A DNA stretch of 37,102 nucleotides, taken from NCBI RefSeq assembly GCF_006345805.1, contig NW_021836821.1, positions 1-37,102 on the forward strand, written 5' to 3'. Shown here piece after piece: positions 10,854 to 21,272 of this stretch (position 1 is the stretch's first letter; the number at the start of each line of letters is the position of its first letter). The notes beneath the pieces were generated by a model. It was not told the origin of the DNA. It saw only the letters and a list, made by a program, of their open reading frames with translations, and made no database searches. The stretch comes from Octopus sinensis. Taxonomy: Eukaryota. Both the position numbers and the translations under genes were made by a program.

Positions 10854-11049
10854 GTCAGCTTTAATTTCGTCGTCGTCAACTGAAAAATCTTTGTTGTAAT
10901 CTGAAGCGATTTCTTTTCTTTATGAACATGTGATTACTTGTCGCAGAATTGTAAAAGAACACCAACATTAATGTTTTTTAACGGATTACAAATTTCGTAT
11001 TTAAAAATTGTCGCATCTTACATTACTGTCAATATGTTTTCTACTAAAG

Positions 11050-11145
11050 GCACAAAACCTGAAATTTTGAGGGGGTAGTTTAGTCGGTTACATCGATTCC
11101 AGTGTTCATCTGGTACTTATTTTATCGACCTCGAGAGGAATTTGG
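11050..11145 (-). mobile_element. SINE family A 3' fragment
   Basis: Reverse complement contains ggtcgataaaataagtaccag and aatcgatgtaaccgact..caaaatttcagg. Confidence 0.7.
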
Positions 11146-11155
11146 GGTCAGAATG

Positions 11156-11202
<47 letters not shown>

Positions 11203-11421
11203 ACTACTACTACCACTACTACTACTACTACCTTAATATTTATATATAATGTAATGAACATAGAGAAGACAAACCAGATAATAAAGAGCAGGGTAAATAT
11301 CTCAATTCTGTCGAGTTTCGAGTTCAATTCCAGTCTACATTCCTTTTCAAATTCGACTCGATCAAAATGAATACCAATAATATAATTAGATAATTGAATT
11401 AGTATCTCTACTACTACTACT

Positions 11422-11457
<36 letters not shown>

Positions 11458-11471
11458 CACCACCACCACTA

Positions 11472-11503
<32 letters not shown>

Positions 11504-11910
11504 CCTACTACTACTGCTACTGATGCTGCTGCTGGTGATGATGATGATGATGATACTGCTGCTGCGTTTTTCATTTTGTTCATTTTACCGCCTGAAAATT
11601 GTCAAAGTTTTGTACGTGTGTTTGTTGTACACAAACAATTATGTTCATTGTGTGAATATCTGCATATTCTTTCATATGTGCGCACGAATATATATGCATG
11701 CATGTTTTCTTGTACGCTTATGCGCGTTTTCTGTATGCGTGGATATGTATGTGTGTATACTTTCATTTATGAGTCTGTGTGCGTCTATGCGGTCACGTTC
11801 GGAAGTGCTGTCGCTGGTACGAGAGTAAAGAGCATGTTTTCTTCGAATGTCCATCCCACGGTGTTGTATATGCATGTAAAGCATAAATGTATGTATATAT
11901 ATATATATAT

Positions 11911-11957
<47 letters not shown>

Positions 11958-13079
11958 GTCCATGTATGCTCAGACAGAAAAGGAACAAACAACATATATG
12001 CACGCATGTATGCCCGCAGGCGTTCTTGCATGCACGTACGCACGCACGCACAAATGCACTCTTTAGCGAAAAAATTTCCGACGCCCGGAGGTGATGATAG
12101 TATTATTGGTGGTGGAGGAAAGAGAATAAGACTAAGTAGCCACCAGACAATAGAGTATTATTAACACTGTTCATTAACGGGCAACGACAGCAATGAGCTG
12201 AAAAGCCCACTTACTATTACCTTCTTTCCGTCTATTTCTCTTTATCTCAAATACACACACACACACAGATCTTGACGTACATTTACAGACACGCATCGAT
12301 GATGAACGAGCGTTTAATAACTAGCCACACAGCACCCAAATTCACACACATCCTCCGAACATTTAACTCTATGGGTTGATTAAGAAAGAAAACTTTAGAA
12401 AAAAGGGAGGTAACCAATTAGAGCACAGTTCAACCATATTATCGAAAGCGCGAATTACTTTCACTTTCATTTTCGCTCGCACACGCTCGTTTTAATTACA
12501 GACATGCTAAGTTTTTCTTTCTGCTCATCATCCATTTTAATGTTGATACTTTATACGGTTGTTTGCTAACGTTATATGTTATTATTTTTGCTGTTGTTGT
12601 TTAAGCTGTGTGTGTCATTTTTGTTATTGATGATACTTTTGTTGTTGTAGTTGTTATTGTTTATGTCCACTGTTGTCGTAATTGTTACAGTGTGTTGACG
12701 TTTGTATAATCAGTCAGTCGTTTAGCGAGTCTCCTTGTTTTGCTTTAACGTGTCGAAAAGAAGTCCCTACACAAGCATGCAAGCATGCATATATGCATAG
12801 CAAGCACATATACATACTTACATGTATGCGTACGTGCATGCGTGCATGCGTAGATATACACTGAAACGCACGTACTCATACATATAATTATGTATATGAT
12901 CTTCAAAGTTACCGCCGTTATTACGACCATTGCTGTCACCAAATACCATCAACATTTCCATTACCGTCATTACTACCATCACAACGAAACTCACCACAAT
13001 CAACACCTCCGTTATCACTAACATCACTATCACCACCTCACCACCAGCCTAAAACCAACACAACCAAAACAATTATAGC

Positions 13080-13670
13080 CGCCGCCTCCATCTCCGCCGG
13101 TGTCCCCGCCTCCGCCTCCATCTCCGCCGGTGCCCCCGCCTCCGCCTCCACCGTCTCCACCGCCTCTGTCGCTGCCTCTGTCGCCACCGTGCCGCATCTG
13201 TCACCGCTGCCGCCTTCACCGCCTCCGCCTTCACCGCCTCCGCCTTCACCGCCTCCGCCTTCACCGCCTCCGCCTTCACCGCCTCCGCCTTCACCGCCTC
13301 CGCCTTCACCGCCTCCGCCGCCTCCACCGCCGCCTCCGCTTCGCCTCTGCCTCCGCCTCCACCGTCTCAGCCTCCACTGCCTTCGCCTCCACTGCCTTCG
13401 CCTCCACTGCCTTCGCCTCCACCGCCTCAGCCTCCACTGCCTCCGCCACCTCTGTTGCCGTCGCCACTTCCGCCACCCGCCGTTGCCACTTCCACCACCG
13501 GCTCCGCCGCCGCCGCCTCCGCCGCCGCCGCTCCGCCGCCCGAGCCTCGCCGCCCCCGCCCTCCGCCGACGCCGCTCGCCGCCGCCTCCGCCTGCCGCCG
13601 CCGCCCCCGCCCCCGCCCGCCTCCACCGCCTAGCCGCCCTCTGCCCCGCCGCTTCCGCCCCCCCCACCAC
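13080..13670. repeat. GC/CpG-rich compound minisatellite (CCG-derived 15-mers and a 30-mer)
   Basis: ccgcctccgccttca about 7 times; ctccactgccttcgc about 3-4 times; gcctccatctccgccggtgYccccgcctcc twice; (ccg)n runs. Confidence 0.85.
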
Positions 13671-14315
13671 TACCACCACCTTGCTGGGTATGTCTGATAA
13701 AATGCCTCGCTGTATTGTTCCGACTCACTGCACCTTGTCTGAGTTCAAATCTCGCTGTGGATTGACTTGACATAACACTTCATCTATTTAGGGCCAATAA
13801 GCAATGTATCATCCTAGTTAAATACTGTCATTTCTTTCTTTCTTTCTCTCTTTCTTTCTTTCCTTCTAACTTTCTTTACTTTTCTTACTCCCTCCCCCCT
13901 CTCCCCTCTTCCACCTCTATCTCTCTCTGAATCGGTTTTGTTGAAGGGCCCTAGAAAGGCGCTACCACTCTCCAGGGTCACCGAGAAAGGAAGAAAATAT
14001 AATCGGAAGAGTCTAATTCGAGAGAGAAAGAGAAAGAATGAGAGAGAGGGAAAGATGTTGTTGCTATTTTTAGCAGGCTGAACGGCCATGTAGACATTCC
14101 TTCATCAGCTTACCATTGTTATGGAAAAATGACAAAAATTGGTAAGCTGCAAAATGAGATCGGTTATTTAGGTTCGATGGTTCTTGAAGTCAAAACAATC
14201 CAGCTGCAGGTGCTTCAATATATAAAAGAAAAATTTAATATTATTTATTCGGTATTACTAAATAAAATTTCCGTAAAATATGAAGTGAACTTCGTTTTTG
14301 GATTTGGTTTGCAAG

Positions 14316-14580
14316 ATTCTTATATGAGTTCGTGTGTTGAGCATGGTTCTGTTGTGTCTGGGGAGAGAGTCATTTTCTTTTGTGCCTTATAGTAACACAC
14401 ACTCAGGATTATTGAAAAGGTTGCAAGACGCAACGAAATTTTAGGAAAATAAAAAATAAGAATAAGAGTGGAGTGGAAATTTACGGGTGAGTGGGTGTGT
14501 TACATTATAGGCACAAAAAGAAAATGACTCTCCCCAGACACAACAGAATATGCTTCAACACACGAACTCATATAAAGAAT
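14316..14580. repeat. About 90-bp inverted repeat with about 80-bp spacer (foldback/MITE-like)
   Basis: 14316-14405 (attcttatatgagttcgtgtgttga...gtctggggagagagtcattttcttttgtgcct...) is the reverse complement of 14488-14580. No clear target-site duplication. Confidence 0.85.
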
Positions 14581-14735
14581 GAACTGTACTGTTGAGGATG
14601 ATTTCTGAATTTCATAAACGTTGCATTTATCAGGGATGTTTTGAAGAAACTCATCTACGCCTTTATCTGTGACTCCAAGCGCGTCAATTACAACTGGAAT
14701 TCTTTGTCTTCAACTACCATATTCTAGTAATCTTA
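14581..14735 (-). mobile_element. Old fragment of an RLE-type (R4/Dong-like) non-LTR retrotransposon C-terminus
   Basis: Minus translation KITRIW*LKTK / IPVVIDALGVTDKGVDEFLQNIPDKCNVYEIQK resembles EI.RMW..KT..IPVVIGALG......L..IPG.....EIQK. Confidence 0.7.
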
Positions 14736-15318
14736 CCATCACCACCACTTCTATCATTATAGTTTACAGTAACAAAGCTAAATCTAAGTTGTTTGTCAAC
14801 CAATATTATTTTCATTTCATTTCAGTTCAGACCAATTGTTAGTTTATATCTACTTTACTTGCTGTCGACGTATCTATCTAGTCCGACAATACAAAATTTG
14901 AATAACAAATTTTAAAAATTACATCCACGAGTATTTTGCCGAGTTATTTCACTTCCATTGAAAAATCTATCTTTCTATTTATAAGTTTATTATTCTATAT
15001 AAGTCTTCTTTCTTCCATCCAGTCATTATGTATATCAATGTGGACAGATAGATAAACAGATCGACAGATTGAAGATATAAAAAATTGAATATTAAATGTC
15101 ATATTCTTGTCAGTCACAATAATATACGATGTCTAAAATTTCCATTGATGAAGCACTTTATATTTCTTTCTGTCTTTTTCTGTCTACCTCTAACTTTTTA
15201 ATTATATAATTTCCCTCTTCACATCGTTATAATTAATATATTTCTTTCTCTTTCTCATCATATCTCACTTCCACCAATCACGTGATAGCGTAATGCATGG
15301 CTGGCAAAAGCATCACTA

Positions 15319-15349
<31 letters not shown>

Positions 15350-15705
15350 CTCTCTTTCTCTTCCTCTAACTCTTAATATAACTGTCCCTTCCCGCTATTT
15401 TTATCTGCCTTTCTGTAACCTCACCACTAGAACCTACCCCCAATCTGCTAAACATTATATTTCTAACACTTATTTCTCTATACCTCTTACTTCAACTAAC
15501 TTTTTAACCACGTATTAACTATCACTTTCCCTCTACATTACATGGTTAACACTTTTCTCTTCCACTTTTTCTCTCCTTTTCGTATCTTCCTGCAACTAAC
15601 TACATGAAAGCTTAACGCATTCGGCCTTAGTGTATTAATATATAGACTGACGTTGTAGTTGTCGTTGTTGCTTTTATTACTCTTGTTGTTGTTATCATCA
15701 TCTCA

Positions 15706-15747
<42 letters not shown>

Positions 15748-15776
15748 TATTATTATTATTATTATTATTATATTAT

Positions 15777-16010
15777 ATGAAAACTCACAGCACATGTTGC
15801 TGGGTATGACGGAAAGTGTCAGCTGTCCACAGCCAGCAGACCAAGGTGACACTTATTTACTGGTCATGCTTCAAGGACCCTGCGAAGAATTCTTGCAGTT
15901 CCAAGCAATGCTGACTTTTGTAGGTGTTCTACTTCATACTTGCACCGATCTGTTTCTGCCATGTTGGCAGTTAAGTGCTGATACTTCCAAGTGCACCAAT
16001 TACTGTTGGT
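15777..16010 (-). mobile_element. 5'-truncated R4/Dong-like RLE non-LTR retrotransposon within a (TAA)n microsatellite
   Basis: Minus translation IPTVIGALGSIS*LPTWQKQIG / VEHLQKSALLGTARILRRVLEA*, then a short 3' UTR; (ATT)n on both sides. Confidence 0.85.
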
Positions 16011-16050
16011 ATTATTATTATTATTATCCTTATTATTATTATCATTATTA

Positions 16051-16135
<85 letters not shown>

Positions 16136-16143
16136 TTTATTTA

Positions 16144-16445
16144 GGTGCAAGCTGGCAGAGTCGTTAACACACCGAACGAAAGGCTTAACGGATTTCTTCC
16201 GGCTTTGCTTTCCGAGTTCAAAAGCCGCCGAGTTTGACTTTGCATTTTATCCTTCTAGGATCGATAAAATAAGTACCATTTGAGGAGTGAGATCGATGAA
16301 CACGACTAGCCTGCTCCTCCAAAATTTCAGGCATTATGCCAATGGTAGAAATTATTATTATTAGTATCAGTCGAGTTCTAGGGTCGATGTAATCGACTTA
16401 TCTCCTCCCCCGAAATTGCTGGCCTCGTGCCAAAATTTGAAATCA
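16144..16445 (+). mobile_element. SINE family A copy plus adjacent 3' fragment (16372-16445)
   Basis: gctggcagagtcgttaac..gagttcaaaagccgccgagtttgactttgcattttatccttctaggatcgataaaataagtacca; gggtcgatgtaatcgact..gccaaaatttgaaa. Confidence 0.8.
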
Positions 16446-16466
16446 TCATCATCATTATTATTATTA

Positions 16467-16521
<55 letters not shown>

Positions 16522-16782
16522 TATTCATTTATTTATTTATTTATTTATAGCCAATAATAGCAAATACTAATATTTACTATTAATATTTGTTTAGAAAGCC
16601 AGGGGCTTGTGACTACTCAAATGAAATTTATATTTCAAATGCAATTTGTGGTCATTTTAGTCCTGAAAAGGCAAATACACACGCGCGCGCGCACACAGAC
16701 ACACACATGTGCGCACAGACACACGAAAACAAGCATGCGGACATATTACTTAGTCTGACATGGAGGCATCTATCTATCTATC

Positions 16783-16881
<99 letters not shown>

Positions 16882-16982
16882 GGGAGAACTGGCCGCGTGG
16901 GTAAGAACTAAATTCACTATTACATAGCTCATTCTCAAAGCAAGTGGAAAGGATACAAACTAGATATGCTGCGAGTAATGTA

Positions 16983-17166
16983 GGGCGATGAGCTGGCAGA
17001 ATTGTAAGCAGCATTTCGTCAGTCTTTGTGTTCTGAGCTCAAATTCCACCGAAGTCGACTTTGCCTTTCATCCATTCGGGGTCAATAAAGTAAGTACCAG
17101 TTGGACACTGGGGGCCAATGTAATCGACTTACCACCCACCTACTGGCCCTGTGCCGAAATTGGAAT
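16983..17166 (+). mobile_element. SINE family A
   Basis: gagctggcagaattgtaagc..ctgagctcaaattccaccgaagtcgactttgcctttcatccattcggggtcaataaagtaagtaccag. Confidence 0.85.
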
Positions 17167-17199
17167 CCATTACTAGATGAATCAAAGAAGGAAATTATG

Positions 17200-17295
17200 T
17201 TGATGACGACCAGGACGATGCAGGGGAAAATGAGGATGCTGAGGATGCTGAGGATGCTGATGATGATGAGGATGATGAGGATGAGGATGATGGTG

Positions 17296-17341
<46 letters not shown>

Positions 17342-17448
17342 AATGATGAGGATGATGGTGATGATGTTGATGATGATAATGATGATGGTGATAATGATTA
17401 TGATGTTGATGATGATGGTGGTGGTGGTGGTGGTGGTGATGGTGATGG

Positions 17449-17482
<34 letters not shown>

Positions 17483-17700
17483 CAAGGATGGTAATGTCAA
17501 CATCGGCAACATTAGGAACGTTTGACGGCGATGACGACGATGACGATGAGGACGATGATGGCAATGAGGACGCTGATGAGGAGGGCAATGATGGGATGGC
17601 AATGAAGATGAACAATAACAAGGACATCAATATCAACAAAAATAACATGGATAAAAATAATGATGAAACAAAAAAGACGATGAGCAACCAGATGATGTAA
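17200..17700. repeat. (GAT)n/(GGT)n trinucleotide low-complexity tract
   Basis: Direct inspection; explains the poly-Met/His/Ile ORFs. Confidence 0.9.
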
Positions 17701-17960
17701 AAAAAAATATCGAGAAAAGAAAGGGAGAAGTAAAGATTGATTTCAGCATCACTCATCGTTTTTTGAAATTTCTGGTTTTATTTGGTTTCGTTTTATTTTA
17801 AATCGAAACCGAGTTTGAAATGAACGTTTAGATAACAAATTAAATGTTTATTGTTGTCTTATTTTGAAACGAAAAAAAAAAAAAAAACAACCAAAAAAAA
17901 CCAAACGATAAACAAAACTGAAAACATACAGCAAACAGAGAAAATAGAGAGACAAAGAAA

Positions 17961-18007
<47 letters not shown>

Positions 18008-18596
18008 AGGAATAGATGAACAAATAACAATAGATTAAAACTAAATACATAGAAAGATATAGAAATCCACTGATTTTTGTTATTTCTAACTGATCGTTCC
18101 AGTTGGATTAGCGCGAGAGTTCCAGATGAGTAACGGAGGAGAGAGGTAGAGTGAAAGAGAAAGAATGAGAGAAAATAGTGAAGGAGAGAAAGAAAAGGAG
18201 AAGGAGAGAGAGGGAGAGAGAGAGGAATGGAGACACACACACACACACACACACACACACCACACACACACACACACAAAGATAAAGGGACGTTAAACTG
18301 GAAGTTCACAACTTCACTCAACATCGTTGAACAAATGCTGACGCATCAGAGTGCATTTGTACTTCAGCCTGGTTTGTTAATCATCTGACGGCAGAATAGG
18401 CAGCACATTGGCCCTCTCCCCCGCCACCAACCCACCTACCTACGTACCCCACCCACCCCAAATGGCATTATCTAATTACGTCGCTTCAACGTCCGGGTTC
18501 GAACCAAGCCAAGATTAACATTGTCTTTCATCCCTCGTGGAGAGACGGTCGATAAAAAGATGTATACCAGTTATGTATTAATGTCAACAAGCACAC

Positions 18597-18730
18597 GCAT
18601 GGCTGTGAAGCTGACTCCCTCTTACTAAGTGGCTTTGGTGTCAGTCCCACTGCGTGCCATCTACTATGGCCCCGGTCAACCAAAGCTTTCTGAGTGAATT
18701 TGGTAGGCAGAAAATGAAAGAAGCCCGGGG
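18597..18730 (+). mobile_element. SINE family B head, degenerate
   Basis: gcatggctgtg..cagtcccactgcgtgcca..ctactatggccccggtcaaccaaagctttctgagtgaatttggtaggcagaaaatgaaagaagcccg. Confidence 0.75.
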
Positions 18731-18766
18731 TATATATATATACAAATAATATATAAATATATATGT

Positions 18767-19046
18767 GGAGGCGCAATGGCCCAGTGGTTAGGGCAGCGAA
18801 CTCGCGGTTGTAGGATCGTGGGCGTTGTGAGTGTTTATTGAGCGAAAACACCTAAAGCTCCACGAGGCTCCGGCAGGGGGTGGTGGCAATCCCTGCTGTA
18901 TTCTTCCGCCGCAACTTTCTCTCACTCTTTTCAGTTGGCCTGCTCGCTTAGCCAGCGGGGTGGCGTCATTTGAAGGCTAAAACAATGCGAAGCGCATTGT
19001 GACCAGCGATGTGTAGCAACATCTGATAGCCTGGTCGGTCACGTGA
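18767..19046 (+). mobile_element. tRNA-derived SINE family C, tail type 1, B box deleted
   Basis: ggaggcgcaatggcccagtggttag (A box); body aaacacctaaagctccacgaggctccggcagggggtggtggc is shared with 28447. Confidence 0.8.
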
Positions 19047-19050
19047 TATA

Positions 19051-19464
19051 TTTACTCTTTTACTCTTTTACTTGTTTCAGTCATTTGACTGCGGCCATGC
19101 TGGAGCACACCTTTTAGTCGTCAAATCGACCCCGGGACTTATTCTTTGTAAGCCCAGTACTTATTCTATCGGTTTCTTTTGCCGAACCGCTAAGTGACGG
19201 GGATGTAAACACACCAGCATCGGTTGTCAAGCAATGCTAGGGGGACAAACACAGACACACAAACACACACAACATATATATATATATACATACATATATA
19301 CGACGGGCTTCTTTTCAGTTTCCGTCTACCAAATCCACTGACAAGGCATTGGTCGGCCCGGGGCTATAGCAGAAGACACTTGCCCAAGATGCCACGCAGT
19401 GGGACTGAACCCGGAACCATGTCGTTGGTTAGCAAGCTACTTACCACACAGCCACTCCTGCGCC
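19051..19464 (-). mobile_element. Full-length tRNA-derived SINE family B (CCTTGGGCAAGT CORE-like motif, internal microsatellite, (GAGTAAAA)n tail)
   Basis: Minus: GGCGCAGGAGTGGCTGTGTGG (A box), GGTTCAGTCCC (B box), catcttgggcaagtgtcttc, tail ccagcatggccgcagtcaaatgactgaaacaagtaaaagagtaaaagag. Confidence 0.9.
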
Positions 19465-19548
19465 ATATATATATATATATTTTTTTTTTTCTAGTTTCAG
19501 CTCAGAGCTGCGGCATGCATATATGACATATTAGCTTATATATATATA

Positions 19549-19606
<58 letters not shown>

Positions 19607-19893
19607 CACACTATAATAATACGCGCGAGTGAGGGTGTGGTTGTTACTTTCTGTTTCTTATCGCCATATGCTCCCTCATTGTTTCTCTCTACTTTCTCTT
19701 TCACTTTCTCACTCTCATACTCTTCCTTTCTCTCGGAGTCTCCCTAGTTTTCTCTCACTCTCTATCTTTATCTATTTCTCTCCCATTTATAAAAAAATAG
19801 ATTTACGCGCTTAAATTACAAATCCGCTTCCACTTTACCATGTTGAAAATTAGATTGAACTCGGGCAAAAGGCGTCCAATCTTAAAATAAATT

Positions 19894-20431
19894 AGCGGTT
19901 GGCCAATCGAGATCGATGAAATAATATAGCGGTTCGCCAAATGTGATCGATAAAATTACTTAGCAGTTCGCCATACGTAAGCGATAAAATAACTTAGCGG
20001 TTCGCCAAAGGAGATCAATTAAATGATCTAGCGGTTCGCCAAACGTGATCGATAAAATGACATAGCGGTTCGCCAAACGATATCGATAAAATGACTAGCG
20101 GTTCGACAAACGGGATCGATAATATGACTTAGCGGTTCGCCAAACATGATCGATAAAATGACGTAGCTGCTCGCTAAACGAGATCGATAAAATGACTTAG
20201 CGGTTCTTTAAACGACATCGATAAAATGCCTTAGCAGGTCGGCAAACGAGATCGATAAAATGCAACAGCATTTCGCCAAACGTGATCGATAAAATGACGT
20301 AGCGGTTCGCCAAACGAAATCGATAAAATGACTTAGCGGTTCGCCAAACGGGATCGATAAAATGACTTAGCGGTTCTTCAAACGAGATCGAAAAAGTGAC
20401 GTAGCTGTTCGACAATCATGATCGAGAAAAT

Positions 20432-20436
<5 letters not shown>
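19894..20436 (+). repeat. Minisatellite, 16 units of 34 bp (one of 33 bp)
   Basis: Consensus AGCGGTTCGCCAAACGAGATCGATAAAATGACTT; units counted by hand and contiguous, with no spacers. Confidence 0.95.
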
Positions 20437-20466
<30 letters not shown>

Positions 20467-20470
<4 letters not shown>

Positions 20471-20680
20471 GGAAAGTTTACGAAGATAAACAAAAGACGA
20501 AGACAGGTGGTGTACAAAACAAATAGATGTATTAGTATAGCGCTCAGGAATAGAAAAAGTCTTTTGCGTTTCGAGCCTACGCTCTTCTACAGAAAGATAC
20601 ACAGAAAAAAACAAGGAGAGAAACAAGGAGAGAAAACAGGAGAGAAAAAAGGAGAGAAAAAGGAGAGAAAAAATACATAT
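20467..20680 (-). mobile_element. Solo PLE terminal repeat homologous to 7439-7620, with a hammerhead-like motif at 20560-20597
   Basis: ataaacaaaagacgaag.caggtgg..cgctcaggaa..cgtttcgagcctacgctcttc.acagaaagatacacaga is shared. Minus strand TCTTT-CTGTAGA-A-GAGC-GTAG-GCTC-GAAAC-GCA-AAAGA. Abuts (TA)n. Confidence 0.85.
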
Positions 20681-20872
20681 ATATATATTATATGTATGTA
20701 TTTATGTATTACATGGAAAAATGCGTGCGAGAGAAATAATATTCATAACATTATAAACCTGGAAAATTACATAAAAGTTATTACACTTGGAAAAGTTGAG
20801 GACAAGTTATTACATCTGGTAAAGTACAGAACAAGAACATTTTTACTTAAAATATTACAGCTAAAGATAAAA

Positions 20873-21272
20873 TCTTTATATATAAAAGTGAAGTAGTGTA
20901 GTGTGTCTGTCTCTACGATTTAGATTCCTAACTACTCCCACATTTTGCGGTTGCAGTTTAACCCAAAACCGGGTATCTTATAGTCGTGATTCATATCGAG
21001 CCTTCTGGGTATTAGCGCGCGTCTACGATGAGTCTACGATTTAAAAAAAAATTACCATAATTTTTTTCCATTTTAATGCATTTTTCGCTATTATATAAGG
21101 GAAGTAAGTAAACTCTAAAAATGTCTACGATGAGTCAACGATTTAAAAAAAAATTTACCATCATTTTTTTTTCCTTTAATGTATTTTTTTGCTAATTTTT
21201 GGCTATAACTCTAAAAATGCTTATATAGTTATTTCCCTTACAAACCCGAGCAACGCCGGGCGATACTGCTAG
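20873..21272 (+). mobile_element. Non-autonomous Helitron (400 bp)
   Basis: 5' TC(TTTATATATAAAAG) preceded by A; subterminal hairpin CCCGAGCAACGCCGGG at 21245-21260; 3' CTAG followed by T; no TSD. Confidence 0.88.

Noticed and set aside
13038-13770. Extensin-like (SPPPP)n or Gly-rich protein gene
   Set aside because: Open frames on both strands follow from stop-free GC repeats; no signal peptide or splice support.
18767-18830. tRNA genes at the SINE heads (also 19400-19464 and 28447-28520)
   Set aside because: No complete cloverleaf, and they continue into multi-copy SINE bodies.
19894-20436. CRISPR-like array (repeat length about 34 bp)
   Set aside because: Units are contiguous with no unique spacers, there are no cas genes, the context is eukaryotic, and the unit is explained by a SINE segment.
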